From Verrucomicrobiota bacterium (GTDB taxonomy: Bacteria; Verrucomicrobiota; Verrucomicrobiia; CAIQCK01), in assembly GCA_016222825.1 (NCBI GenBank), contig JACRQF010000014.1, positions 419,300-483,299 of the forward strand: a DNA stretch of 64,000 bases, read 5' to 3'. Position numbers and translations under genes: made by a program. Positions 17,668 through 27,848 of the stretch are shown here, in pieces. The notes beneath the pieces were generated by a model. The model was given only the letters and a program-made list of their open reading frames with translations, had not been told where the DNA came from and made no database searches. Every line of letters starts with the position of its first letter. Position 1 is the stretch's first letter.

Positions 17668-19146
17668 ATGAAAACGCGCACGCTGTTCGCTCTGGCATGG
17701 ATCGCGACGCTCACGCCCGCCATCGCTGCCGACCAACTCTCCCGCCCCAACATCCTCGTCATCTACACCGACGACCAGTCGCATCGCACCGTCGGCTGTT
17801 ACACCGAGGCGTATCCGTGGGTCAAGACGCCGAACATTGACCGGCTCGCCAAGGAAGGCGTGCGGTTCGTCAGCGGCTACTGCGGAACATGGTGCGCACC
17901 GAGCCGGGCGATGTTCCTTACCGGCCTGCAACCCCACGCCATCCGCGGCCTGAAGTTCGCCAAAAACCCGCACAGCACCTACGACCCCGCAGTCTGCCGG
18001 TTCTGGCCCGCGGCGCTGCGCAAGGCCGGCTATCGCACCGCGCAAATCGGCAAGTGGCACCTCTCCACCGACGCCGGCCACGGCCGCGATTGGGACCATT
18101 CCGTCGTCTGGTTCCACTCCGACCCGAAGGCCGCGGGCGGTTACTATCGCAACCAGAAACTCAGCTTCGACGGCGGCCCGCTCACCGCCGTCGGCGGCTA
18201 CTCCACCGACAACTACACCCGCTACGCGCTCGATTTCATCCGCCGCCCGCACGACAAACCGTGGCTGCTCTGGCTCTGCTACGACGCCGTCCACAGCCCT
18301 TACCTGCCCGCCGAGCGCCACCAGTCCCGCTACACCGCCAACGAACCAGTGCCGACGCCCGCCGACATCTTCCCGCCGCGCCCGACCAAGCCCGCCTACA
18401 TGCACCGCTACGGCGTCTGGTCGCCCGGCCCCGACGGCGTGCCGGTCAACTCCAAGAACCGCGCGCTGCCCGACGTCGTGCGCCAGTATAACCGCGCCGT
18501 GCTCGGCCTCGACGAAGGCGTCGGTCGGCTCCTGGACACGCTGGAGCAAACTGGCCAGCTCGCCAGCACCCTCGTCGTCTTCACCTCCGACCAGGGTTTC
18601 GCGTGGGGCCAGCACGGCTTCGAGTGGAAAGTGGCGCCCTACGACGCCAACCTGCGCGCGCCCTTCATCGTGCGCCTGCCCGGCCGCGCCGCCGCGGGCA
18701 AAGTCTGCCGTCATCCCGTGGCCATGCTCGACCTCATCCCCACGATCTTCGCGCTGGCCGGCACGCCGCCGCCGTGGCCCCTGCACGGCCACGACCTCAG
18801 CCCCCTCCTGAAAAACCCCGACGCCCCGTGGCCCCATCCGGTGATGCTGGAATTCTTCGGCCATCGTTTCGGCGAGGAAACCGACCGTGCCCTGACCGGC
18901 AACGACGGCCTCGGTGGCGTCCCGTGGTGGCTCTCGCTGCGTCAGGGCCGCCACAAATACATTCGCACCCTCGTGGAAAGCGAAATCGAAGAACTCTACG
19001 ACCTCGAAAGCGACCCCGAGGAACTGACCAACCTCGCCCTCGTCCCCGAGCACCGCGCCACGCTGAAAGATTTCCGCGCGCGGCTCATCGCCGAACTGAA
19101 GCGCACAAACGCCGGACTGATCAAGAACCTGCCGGAGCCAAAGTAG
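17668..19146 (+). CDS. Sulfatase (S1, Cys-type), tandem paralog
   Basis: PNILVIYTDDQ, CAPSR, GKWHL, TSDQG; collinear with the previous gene. Confidence 0.95.
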   Translation: MKTRTLFALAWIATLTPAIAADQLSRPNILVIYTDDQSHRTVGCYTEAYPWVKTPNIDRLAKEGVRFVSGYCGTWCAPSRAMFLTGLQPHAIRGLKFAKNPHSTYDPAVCRFWPAALRKAGYRTAQIGKWHLSTDAGHGRDWDHSVVWFHSDPKAAGGYYRNQKLSFDGGPLTAVGGYSTDNYTRYALDFIRRPHDKPWLLWLCYDAVHSPYLPAERHQSRYTANEPVPTPADIFPPRPTKPAYMHRYGVWSPGPDGVPVNSKNRALPDVVRQYNRAVLGLDEGVGRLLDTLEQTGQLASTLVVFTSDQGFAWGQHGFEWKVAPYDANLRAPFIVRLPGRAAAGKVCRHPVAMLDLIPTIFALAGTPPPWPLHGHDLSPLLKNPDAPWPHPVMLEFFGHRFGEETDRALTGNDGLGGVPWWLSLRQGRHKYIRTLVESEIEELYDLESDPEELTNLALVPEHRATLKDFRARLIAELKRTNAGLIKNLPEPK

Positions 19147-19170
19147 TCATTACGCTCCGCGTGATGACTA
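19143..19170. repeat. GTAG-type REP-like hairpin between convergent genes
   Basis: G-TAGTCATTACGC-TCC-GCGTGATGACTA: 12-bp stem with one G-T pair; sequence begins GTAG. Confidence 0.6.
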
Positions 19171-19177
19171 TCGACGG

Positions 19178-20140
19178 CTACTTGCCTGCTCCTGCTCCCC
19201 GTTTAGCTTCGAAAGCGTGACGCGCTCGCTCTTTCTTGTCCTCATTCTTGCATTTCAGACTGTGCTCCAAGAACTGCTGCTTCAGCTTTTCGGGCACGAG
19301 ATCAATCTCATTCGGACGCTGCTTGTAGAAGTCCCACCCACCAAACAAGCGAGCCGCACCTTCGACTTGCTGCTCCGTCAGCTTTCTCTCCCGAATTGCT
19401 CCAATGATAGCTCCAGTCTCGTGGAGAAGGAGCAACTCCTCGGCAACGGTCTCGTAGCTAGGGAATCCAGACCACGGACCCTCCCCGGAACCGAACCATT
19501 TCAGCAGTGCGAGAATCCGCTCCTTCTCATCCGGGAACTGTTTGGAAAGGGCCAACTGCATTTCTGCGGTCTTACTTGTTCCCATGGGGTCACCCATCGT
19601 GCCCCAAAACGGTTTCAATGAACTTGGCATGGTAGAGAGCCACTTCTTCTGGGACGCTTCAGCTTTCTTCTGAAGACGAAGACTCTCTTCGACTTGTTCT
19701 TGAGGCCCTCGAATCCCGTGGGCGGTGAACCACTTCACGAGGAAACTAGCGCTCCCTTTTGTCAGCAAGCCATCCCCTTTCCATTTGCCATCAGGCCAGC
19801 GCAAACTCTGCGCGTGATGGAACCCAAGTGACAGCAGCAACGTGTCGGCGCGGTAAAACTCCAACGTCGGATTACCGCAACACATGCAGTGAAATCCGCT
19901 ATGGTTCGCGTCAATCCGAATCTGTTGGATTACCTTTGCAACTTCCTTGGCATTGCCAACATCAAGAAGGGTCTTTTCTTCACTGGGCCGGCGGTGACAT
20001 GTGCCTCCGCTACGAATACGAAGCCTCGTTGCTCCATCAAGCACTTTGTGAAGCATAGCTGTCCAGTCTTCCTTGTCTGAACCAGCTTCACAGTTGACGA
20101 CAACCCAAACCGCCGTCAGGAAAAAGAGAACTGCTTTCAT
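19178..20140 (-). CDS. Hypothetical secreted protein, AT-rich (probably horizontally acquired)
   Basis: MKAVLFFLTAVWVVVNCEA signal; HCMCCG motif; hand-counted 60-nt lines are 42-48% GC versus 70% in the adjacent sulfatase. Confidence 0.7.
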   Translation of the reverse strand: MKAVLFFLTAVWVVVNCEAGSDKEDWTAMLHKVLDGATRLRIRSGGTCHRRPSEEKTLLDVGNAKEVAKVIQQIRIDANHSGFHCMCCGNPTLEFYRADTLLLSLGFHHAQSLRWPDGKWKGDGLLTKGSASFLVKWFTAHGIRGPQEQVEESLRLQKKAEASQKKWLSTMPSSLKPFWGTMGDPMGTSKTAEMQLALSKQFPDEKERILALLKWFGSGEGPWSGFPSYETVAEELLLLHETGAIIGAIRERKLTEQQVEGAARLFGGWDFYKQRPNEIDLVPEKLKQQFLEHSLKCKNEDKKERARHAFEAKRGAGAGK

Positions 20141-20271
20141 TCTGTCGATTCGGCGAACCATTCACGGAAAGTGGCAAGATATTCGGGAAGCGAGCCGTTT
20201 CATGTGTCTATCGCGCAGACTGTCACGCTGCTCGTTGCACGTCAAGCGCAGCAACTGCGCAAACGCAGGCT

Positions 20272-20299
20272 TTGCTTGCGCCGTGCGCCGGAGTAGAAC
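20272..20299 (+). promoter_or_regulatory. Candidate promoter TTGCTT-N16-TAGAAC
   Basis: Third copy of the motif, 30 nt upstream of sulfatase ATG 20330. Confidence 0.55.
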
Positions 20300-20329
20300 T
20301 CTCGCCACGCAAACACAGGTTTCCGCATC

Positions 20330-21289
20330 ATGAACGCACCTCTGATCGCTATTGGCGCCGCGCTGTGGCTGGCGGCGGGTTTTGCAGACGCGCAGACAGC
20401 AGCGCCCGCCGCACGCCCCAACATCCTCTGGCTCACCGCCGAGGACATCTGCCCGAACCTCGGTTGCTACGGCGACACGTATGCCGTCACGCCAAACCTC
20501 GACCGGTTCGCCACGCAGGCGGTGCGTTACACGCAGGCGTTTGGCATCACCGGCGTCTGCGCGCCGAACCGCTCGTGCCTCATCACCGGCGTGTTCCCGA
20601 CGCGGCTCGGCAGCCACGGGATGCGCTCGACGACGACGCTGCCGGCGGCGGTGAAGTGTTTCAGCGAATACCTGCACGAGGCGGGTTACTACTGTTCCAA
20701 CAACGCCAAGACCGACTACAACTTCGCGGTGCCGAAGGACGCGTGGGACGAGTGCAGCCGCAAGGGGCACTGGCGCAACCGCAAGCCGGGCCAGCCGTTC
20801 TTCGCCGTGTTCAACCACGAGGTCTGCCACGAGGGCCAGATCCGAGTGCCAGAGGCGCAATATCAGGAGAACACCGCGCGCCTGACGCCCGCGCAGCGCC
20901 ACGATCCCGCCAAGGCGCCGGTGCCGCCGTTTCATCCCGACACGCCGGAGGTGCGCCGCGATTGGGCGCGCTACTACGACAACATCACCGCGATGGACTA
21001 CCAGATCGCCGACAAGCTCAAGGAACTGGAGGACGCCGGCCTCGCCGAGGACACCATCGTCTTCTTCTTCGGCGACAACGGCACGGGCCTGCCGGGGATG
21101 AAGAAGTGGATTTGGGAAGGCGGCATCCACGTGCCGCTGATGGTCCGCTTCCCGAAGAAATGGCAGCACCTCGCACCCGCTGCGCCTCCGCCGTTTCCCG
21201 CCAGTCGTCAACCCGCCCTGCGCACTGGAAACTCCTCGCTTGCTGCTCGCAAACGCGGCCGATTCAGCGCATCTTGGTCGCATGGCTAA
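20330..21289 (+). pseudogene. C-terminally truncated sulfatase
   Basis: PNILWLTAED, CAPNR, FGDNG, EGGIHVPLMVRFP present; sulfatase similarity stops at ~21190 with no DxxPT or ELYDL region. Confidence 0.75.
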
Positions 21290-21416
21290 GAAAGCAAAGA
21301 AGTCGCAGTTTCATCAGCACATCTCGACGTTTCATCGGGTTGCGGCTCAGAAAACCAATCCGTTGAAGGGTGTGAGCCGCAAGACCGCCCCGACGAAGCC
21401 GCCGAAAATCGGTTGA
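21282..21416 (+). CDS. Small basic protein (44 aa), below the ORF-track cutoff
   Basis: MAKKAKKSQFHQHISTFHRVAAQKTNPLKGVSRKTAPTKPPKIG*; no acidic residues; ends 29 nt before the ABC-F start. Confidence 0.5.
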   Translation: MAKKAKKSQFHQHISTFHRVAAQKTNPLKGVSRKTAPTKPPKIG

Positions 21417-21445
21417 TCTGTCCGCTCACCTTGGTCCGCGCATCC

Positions 21446-23282
21446 ATGAGTTCGCCCACGCCTGCTTTGCTTTCCGCCAACGAGGTAGCCCTCAGCTTCG
21501 GGCTTGATCGCGTGCTGGACGGGGTTGTGCTGTCGGTGGCGCCGGGAGAGAAGGTGGGGTTGGTCGGGCGCAACGGCTGCGGGAAGACGAGTTTGTTGAA
21601 AATCCTCGCGGGGGCCAGGCAGGCCGATGCGGGGGAGATCTCGCGGCGGCGCGGCCTGCGGGTCGGGTATCTGCCGCAGGAGTTCGAGCTGGATGGCAAC
21701 AAGACGGTGCGGGAGAACATCGAGGCGGGGGCGAGCGATTTGATGGAGTGGCTGCGTTGTTACGAGGCCGGCCACCGCAGCGACGCGGAGATGGCGGAGT
21801 TGCAGCACAAGATCGAGGTGGCGGACGGCTGGAACCTGCAGGCGCGGATCAAGGCCGACGCGACGGCGCTGGGCACGCCGCCGCTGGACGCGCTGGTCGG
21901 GCCGTTGTCGGGCGGCGAGAAGCGGCGCGTGGCGCTCTGCCGCGCGCTGGTGCCGCAGCCGGACTTGTTGTTGCTCGATGAGCCGACGAACCATCTCGAC
22001 GCGGAGACGATCCGCTGGGTGGATTGCCACGCGGATCATCGAGCTGGCCGACGGCCGGTGTTTCTCGCATCCGGGCAACTACACGGCGTATCTGGAATCG
22101 AAAGCGATCCGCCAGCAGATCGCAGAGCAGTCGGAGCGGCGGCGGCAGCGGTTCCTGCGCGTCGAACTCGAGTGGGTGCGCTCCGGCGTCCGGGCACAGC
22201 GGTCGAAGGCGCGGCACCGGATGGACACGTTTTATCAGGTGGCCGGGCTGGAAGCGCCGCCGGAGGAGCGGGAGATGGATCTGTTGATCCCGCCCGCGCC
22301 GGAGCTGGGCAATATCGCGGTGAACGTGGCCGAGGCGGGCGCGAAGGTCGGCAAAGGCGCCGGCGAGCGCTGGCTGTTTCACGGGCTGACGTTTGCGCTG
22401 AAGCCGGGCGAATGCACCGGCGTGGTGGGCCGCAACGGCGTTGGCAAGACGACGTTGCTGCGCACCTGCATGGGCGAGCGCGCGCCGGACGAGGGCGTCG
22501 TCACGATCGGGAAGAAGGTGACGTTCAACTACATTGACCAGGCCCGGATGCAGCTCAACGGCGCGAACTCAGTGCTGGATGAGATTTCAGGCGGCAGCGA
22601 GACGATCCTGTTCGGCGACCAAAGGCTCAGCGCGCGCTCCTATCTGCGGCGGTTTCTTTTCACCGATGAGCGCGTGAAGGAACCCGTGGACCATCTCTCC
22701 GGCGGCGAGCGGGCGCGGCTGATGCTGGCGAAGGTGTTGCGGCGCGGCGGCAACGTGCTGGTGCTGGACGAGCCAACCAACGATCTCGACCTGCCCAGCC
22801 TGCGGATGCTGGAGGAGGCGCTGGCGGATTTTGACGGCAGTGTGCTGGTGGTGAGCCACGACCGCTATTTCCTGGACCGCATCTGTGACCAGATCGTGTC
22901 CTTCGAGGACGGCGGCGTGTTCGTGCAGCCGGGCAACTACTCGTATTATCTGGAGAAGCGGAAGGAGCGCGCGCAGCGCGAGAAGCCGGCAACAGATACC
23001 GCTACCAAACCCCTCACGCTTGAACCGGAATCCGCGTCACCCAAACCCGACCGCCCCCGCAAGCTGAGTTTCAAGGAGCAGCGCGAATTTGCCGGCATGG
23101 AAGCCGCGATCCATGCAGCGGAAGCGCGCGCAGCGGAGATCGAAACGGCGTTGAACGATCCCAACTTCTACACCACGCGCGCAAAGGAAGCGCCGGGTCT
23201 CATCGCCGAACTGGAAGCCACGAAGACCGAAGTGGCCCGCCTCTACGCCCGCTGGGAGGAACTGGACCGGATCGCCCGGTAA
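21446..23282 (+). pseudogene. uup: ABC-F family ATPase, Uup-like, frameshifted by an internal deletion at ~22018-22023
   Basis: Frame 1: GRNGCGKT, LSGGEKRR, LLLDEPTNHLD..ETIRW. Frame 2 resumes IATRIIEL..., GRNGVGKT, LSGGERAR, DEPTNDLD, SHDRYFLD, KLSFKEQRE (Uup C-terminal domain). First-domain H-loop segment missing. Could be an assembly error. Confidence 0.8.
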
Positions 23283-23355
23283 TCGGCGGACGCCAGGACC
23301 GCGGAAGAATGGAAACTTGTTCCCGAGAAGCGTGTTTAATCGTTCCGTCAACATT

Positions 23356-24189
23356 ATGAATAAACTCAATCGCCGTGCCATCCTTGTCTTGTGCGCCGCC
23401 GTGCTCGCGCTGACCCTCAACGCGAGGGCGCGAGCCGCCGCGGATGCCGGCGAGTCGTCTTTGCAGCGCGTGGAGTTCAAGGTGGAGGGCGTCGCGCGCG
23501 AAACGCTCGTTTACGCGCCAGCGGCAGCGAAGACGACGAAGACACCGCTGGTGTTCGTGTTCCACGGCCACGGCGGCAACTCGCGGCAGGCATCGCGCTC
23601 GCTCTGCATCCACCGCGTCTGGCCGGAAGTTATCGTCGTCTATCCGCAGGGGCTGAACACGCCCGGCCGGCTGACCGACCCGGAGGGCAAGAAGCCCGGC
23701 TGGCAGGCGCGCCTCGGCGACCAGCAGGACCGCGATCTGAAGTTCTTCGACGCGATGCTCGCGCGGCTCAAGCAGGACTACAAAGTGGACGAGAAGCGCA
23801 TCTACTGCACCGGCCACTCGAACGGCGGCGCGTTCACTTACATGCTGTGGGCTGCGCGCGGCGAAGTCTTCGCCGCTGTTGCGCCATCAGCCGCGGCGGC
23901 GGTGCCGCAGCTTCAGATCCGGTTGAAACCGAAGCCCGCCTTCCATCTTGCCGGGGAGAAAGACCCGCTCGTGAAGTTCGAGTGGCAGCAGATGACGATG
24001 GGCGCCGTGCGCAAGCTCAACGGCTGCGCCGCGGACGGGAAGGAGTGGGCGAAGAACTGCACGCTTTATCCCTCCAAGACCGGCACGCCGTTCGTCGCGT
24101 TCATCCACTCCGGCGGCCACGGTTTCCCAGCTGAAGCGCCGGCGTTGATGGTGAAGTTCTTCAAGGAGCATCCAGCGGCGGCGAAGTAA
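23356..24189 (+). CDS. Secreted alpha/beta-hydrolase esterase (PHB depolymerase / CE1-like)
   Basis: PLVFVFHGHGG, GHSNGG nucleophile elbow, GEKDPLV, GGHGFP. Confidence 0.85.
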   Translation: MNKLNRRAILVLCAAVLALTLNARARAAADAGESSLQRVEFKVEGVARETLVYAPAAAKTTKTPLVFVFHGHGGNSRQASRSLCIHRVWPEVIVVYPQGLNTPGRLTDPEGKKPGWQARLGDQQDRDLKFFDAMLARLKQDYKVDEKRIYCTGHSNGGAFTYMLWAARGEVFAAVAPSAAAAVPQLQIRLKPKPAFHLAGEKDPLVKFEWQQMTMGAVRKLNGCAADGKEWAKNCTLYPSKTGTPFVAFIHSGGHGFPAEAPALMVKFFKEHPAAAK

Positions 24190-24201
24190 CGCGGGAGCGG
24201 G

Positions 24202-25548
24202 CTAGTCGTCTTCGACCGTTGCCGCCTGAGCGACTGGAGGCGGCGGGGCTTCGGCGACGGCCGATGGATGGCCGAGATTGGCACGGAGGGTTTCCTTAGT
24301 GACTTCCCCTTCCCAACGGCTGATGACGACGGTGGCGACGCCGTTGCCGATGAGGTTGGTCACTGCGCGGCACTCGCTCATGAAGCGGTCAATGCCCACC
24401 AGCAACGCGAGCGACTCGATCGGCACGCTCGGCACTACCGCCAGCGTTGCCGCGAGCGTGACGAAGCCCGCGCCAGTGACACCGCTGGCGCCCTTGGAGG
24501 AGATCATCGCCACGAGCAGCAACGTAATCTGATGGTGGAGGTCGAGCGGCGTGTTGGTGGCCTGCGCGAGGAAGACGGCGGCCATCGTCATGTAGATGTT
24601 GGTGCCGTCGAGGTTGAAGCTGTAGCCGGTCGGGATGACGAGGCCGACGGTGGCGTCGGCGCAACCGAGCCGCCGCATCTTTTCGATCATGCCCGGCAGC
24701 GCCGTCTCGGAGGAACTGGTGCCGATGGTCAGCAGCAACTCCTCCTTGATGTAGCCAAGGTAACGGATGATGGAGAAGCCGTTATACCAGGCGATCGCGC
24801 CGAGCACGATGAGGACGAACAGGCCCGACGTCACGTAGAAGCTTACCATGAGCGCGAGCAGGCGGTTAAGCGCGCCGAGGCCGTAGCTGCCGACGGTGAA
24901 CCCCATCGCGCCGAATGCCCCGATCGGGGCGGCCCGGACGATGATGTGCATGATGCCGAAGAACACCTTCGTGACGTATTCAATGCCCCGCAACAACGGC
25001 GGGCCATGCGGCCCCATGAAGCTGATGGCCGCGGCGGTCAGTCCCGCCACGAAAAGCACCTGCAACAGGTCGCCCGTCGCGAACGCCCCGAAGAAGGTGC
25101 TTGGGATGATGTTGAGGAGAAACTCGACGGTGTCCAACCGGTGCGCATTGTTCGCGTAGGTCTGGCCGACGCTGGGGTCGAGAGTCTTGGGATCAATGTT
25201 GAAGCCGTCGCCGGGCCGGAGGTAATTGACCACCACCAGGCCGATGACGAGCGCGATGGTGGAGACGACTTCGAAATAGACGACGGTCTTGATGCCGATG
25301 CGGCCGAGTTTCTTCAGGTCGCGCATCGAGGCGATGCCATGCACGACGGTGCAGAAGATGATCGGCGCGATGATCAGCTTAATCAGCTTGATGAACCCGT
25401 CCCCGAGCGGCTTGAGCGATTTGCCGAAGTCCGGGAACAAATAGCCGATGACGATGCCGAGCGCGACCGCGATCAAGACCTGGACGTAGAGGATGCGATA
25501 CCAAGCCTGCCGCGGCGGCGGAGTTTGTTGTTGGACGGTGTGGCTCAC
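24202..25548 (-). CDS. dctA: C4-dicarboxylate:cation symporter DctA (DAACS family)
   Basis: [52 protein letters not shown] start at 25548 assumed. Confidence 0.93.
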   Translation of the reverse strand: MSHTVQQQTPPPRQAWYRILYVQVLIAVALGIVIGYLFPDFGKSLKPLGDGFIKLIKLIIAPIIFCTVVHGIASMRDLKKLGRIGIKTVVYFEVVSTIALVIGLVVVNYLRPGDGFNIDPKTLDPSVGQTYANNAHRLDTVEFLLNIIPSTFFGAFATGDLLQVLFVAGLTAAAISFMGPHGPPLLRGIEYVTKVFFGIMHIIVRAAPIGAFGAMGFTVGSYGLGALNRLLALMVSFYVTSGLFVLIVLGAIAWYNGFSIIRYLGYIKEELLLTIGTSSSETALPGMIEKMRRLGCADATVGLVIPTGYSFNLDGTNIYMTMAAVFLAQATNTPLDLHHQITLLLVAMISSKGASGVTGAGFVTLAATLAVVPSVPIESLALLVGIDRFMSECRAVTNLIGNGVATVVISRWEGEVTKETLRANLGHPSAVAEAPPPPVAQAATVEDD

Positions 25549-25734
25549 GTTGATAACGCCAGCGAAACCAAGCCGGCAAACTGAAGACACAGTCTCAGAA
25601 AGCGGCTGGGGAAGTCAACGCGCATCCCGTTTTTTTGCTTTCACCTTCCCACCTGTCCCGGATTCATTCCGTTTGGCGACACCAGCGCCGAGTGTTGGAA
25701 CCCTAAGCCTTAAAACCGAGGTTGCGTTGAAGTT

Positions 25735-25827
25735 CGGGCAGTGGCAGCGTTGAAGAGCCGAAGTTGTCTTGCCGCTCTGGCCCTGAACGCGAGACCCGTG
25801 CCACGTGGACGTTTGACTTCGGCAAGA
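25735..25827 (+). promoter_or_regulatory. Candidate structured 5' leader (riboswitch-like) of feoB
   Basis: Nested stems CGGG/CCCG, GCGTT/AACGC, AGAGC/GCTCT; two mutually exclusive 8-bp pairings with 25816-25827. Confidence 0.3.
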
Positions 25828-25850
25828 AGTGACCGTAGAGCGAATGCGCG

Positions 25851-27848
25851 ATGACGACAACTTGCTGCAACAACGAGAAAGAACACGGACCCGCGACGGG
25901 CGGGCGCACGCTCATCCTTGTCGGGAATCCAAACGTCGGCAAGAGCGTCCTCTTCAGCAAGCTCACCGGCAAGTTCGTCATCATCTCGAACTATCCCGGC
26001 ACCACCGTCGAGATCACCACCGGCCACTCCACGTTCGGCGGCAAGACCTGCGCGGTCATTGATTCGCCCGGCGTCAACGAGCTGGCGGCGCGCACCGAGG
26101 ATGCGCGCGTCACCTGCGACGTGCTGCGCGATCACCCGGAGGCGACGCTGGTGCAGGTGGCCGACGCGAAGAACCTCCGCCGCGCGCTGTTGCTGACGAT
26201 GCAACTCGCGGAGTTGAAGCGGCCGATGGTGCTCGTCCTGAACATGATGGACGAACTGGACAAGGTTGGCGGCCATATTGACGTGCGCAAGCTCGGCGAA
26301 CTGCTCGGCATCCCCGTCGTGCCGACCATCGCTACCGCGCGCACGGGCATTCATCTGCTGGAGAAATCGCTCGACCACGCCGCGACGCCGTCGAAGCTTG
26401 TCGCCGAGTTGAACGCCCAACGGCCGCCGCCGACCGCCACCGCAAACCTGCCGTGCCAGGAAGAGGATTACCAACAGAACATCGAGCGGCTCGCCCGCAT
26501 CAACGAGATCCTCGCGCAGATTTACAGCCGCGTGCGGCCAAGGAAGCCGACGTTTGCGCAGCGGCTCGGCTGGTGGGCGACACAGCCGTTGCGCGGCACG
26601 CTGCTGCTGGGACTGGTGCTCTACTTCACGTTCTGGTTCGTCGGGCTGCTCGGCGCGGGCACGTTCGTGGAATTCTTCGAGAACGCGATCTTCAACCGCC
26701 ACATCAGCCCCGTGGCGATTCATCTGGTGGACGCGGTCCTGCCGTTCCCGCATCAGCACAAGCACGAGGTCTCCGAATACAAACTGGAGATTCCGTTGCT
26801 GCCGCATCGCAGCATCGAGTTGTTTTCCAGCACCGAGCAGGTTCTGTCGCCGGCCTACGCGGTGAATCCAGGCGCGGCGCACGGCGCGTGGAGCGGTGTC
26901 ATCCGGTTCATTCACGATTTTCTGGTTGGTGAATACGGCCTGATCACGATGGCGCTGAGCTACGGCTTCGCCATCGTGCTGCCGATCGTGACGACGTTTT
27001 TCCTGCTCTTCAGCGTGCTGGAAGATTCCGGCTACCTCTCGCGGCTGGCGGTGATGGTGAACCGCATCTTCCGAGCTATGGGCCTCAACGGCAAGGCGGT
27101 GCTGCCGATGGTGCTCGGCCTCGGCTGCGACACAATGGCGACGATGACCACGCGCATCCTGGAAACGCGCAAGGAGCGCGTCATCACCACGCTGTTGCTG
27201 GCGCTGGCGGTGCCGTGCTCGGCGCAACTTGGCGTGTTGATGGCGATGACAGCGCGCGTGTCGTGGGGCGCGGCGGCGTTCTGGGTCGCGCTGATGGTCG
27301 CCATCGCGTTCGTCGTCGGCTGGTTGGCGGCGAAACTGCATCACGGCGCGTCGAGCGATTTCATCCTGGAACTGCCACCGATGCGCCGGCCGGAGTTGGG
27401 CAACGTCGTCATCAAAACGCTGGCGCGGCTGGAATGGTATCTGAAGGAGGTCATCCCGCTGTTCGTGCTCGGCACGGCGGTTTTGTTCCTCTTCGACAAA
27501 TTGAACCTGCTGGAGAAGATCACAAGCTTCGGCGAGCCGATCGTAACGGGCTGGCTCGGCCTGCCGCGCGACACGGCGAATGCGTTTCTCATCGGCTTCC
27601 TGCGGCGCGATTACGGCGCGGTCTATCTGCTCGACGCGGCGACCGGGCCGAACCCGACGTTGTCGCCGCACCAGATTCTGGTTTCGATGGTGACGATCAC
27701 GCTCTTCATGCCGTGCATCGCGACGTTGTTCATGATCGCCCGCGAGCTGGGCAAGAAAACCGCCACCGTCATCACGATCTTCGTGTTTGTGTTCGCTTTC
27801 TTCGTCGGCGGGCTGGTGCATCATCTGGGGAGATGGATCGGACTGTGA
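25851..27848 (+). CDS. feoB: Ferrous iron transporter FeoB (compact, with His-rich loop)
   Basis: G1 GNPNVGKS, G2 NYPGTTV, G3 DSPG, G4 NMMD; LEDSGYLSR, GLGC, PCSAQL, FILELPP, FMPCIAT. Confidence 0.93.
   Translation: MTTTCCNNEKEHGPATGGRTLILVGNPNVGKSVLFSKLTGKFVIISNYPGTTVEITTGHSTFGGKTCAVIDSPGVNELAARTEDARVTCDVLRDHPEATLVQVADAKNLRRALLLTMQLAELKRPMVLVLNMMDELDKVGGHIDVRKLGELLGIPVVPTIATARTGIHLLEKSLDHAATPSKLVAELNAQRPPPTATANLPCQEEDYQQNIERLARINEILAQIYSRVRPRKPTFAQRLGWWATQPLRGTLLLGLVLYFTFWFVGLLGAGTFVEFFENAIFNRHISPVAIHLVDAVLPFPHQHKHEVSEYKLEIPLLPHRSIELFSSTEQVLSPAYAVNPGAAHGAWSGVIRFIHDFLVGEYGLITMALSYGFAIVLPIVTTFFLLFSVLEDSGYLSRLAVMVNRIFRAMGLNGKAVLPMVLGLGCDTMATMTTRILETRKERVITTLLLALAVPCSAQLGVLMAMTARVSWGAAAFWVALMVAIAFVVGWLAAKLHHGASSDFILELPPMRRPELGNVVIKTLARLEWYLKEVIPLFVLGTAVLFLFDKLNLLEKITSFGEPIVTGWLGLPRDTANAFLIGFLRRDYGAVYLLDAATGPNPTLSPHQILVSMVTITLFMPCIATLFMIARELGKKTATVITIFVFVFAFFVGGLVHHLGRWIGL

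Noticed and set aside
21282-21416. ArfA ribosome rescue factor
   Set aside because: Lacks the KGKGS motif; kept only as an unknown basic small ORF.
22005-22035. Programmed ribosomal frameshift in the ABC-F gene (also considered at ~35070)
   Set aside because: No slippery sequence, and conserved coding sequence is missing at the junction.
25690-25850. Cobalamin riboswitch or Fur box upstream of feoB
   Set aside because: No B12-box/GGGAA core and no GATAATGATAATCATTATC-like site seen.
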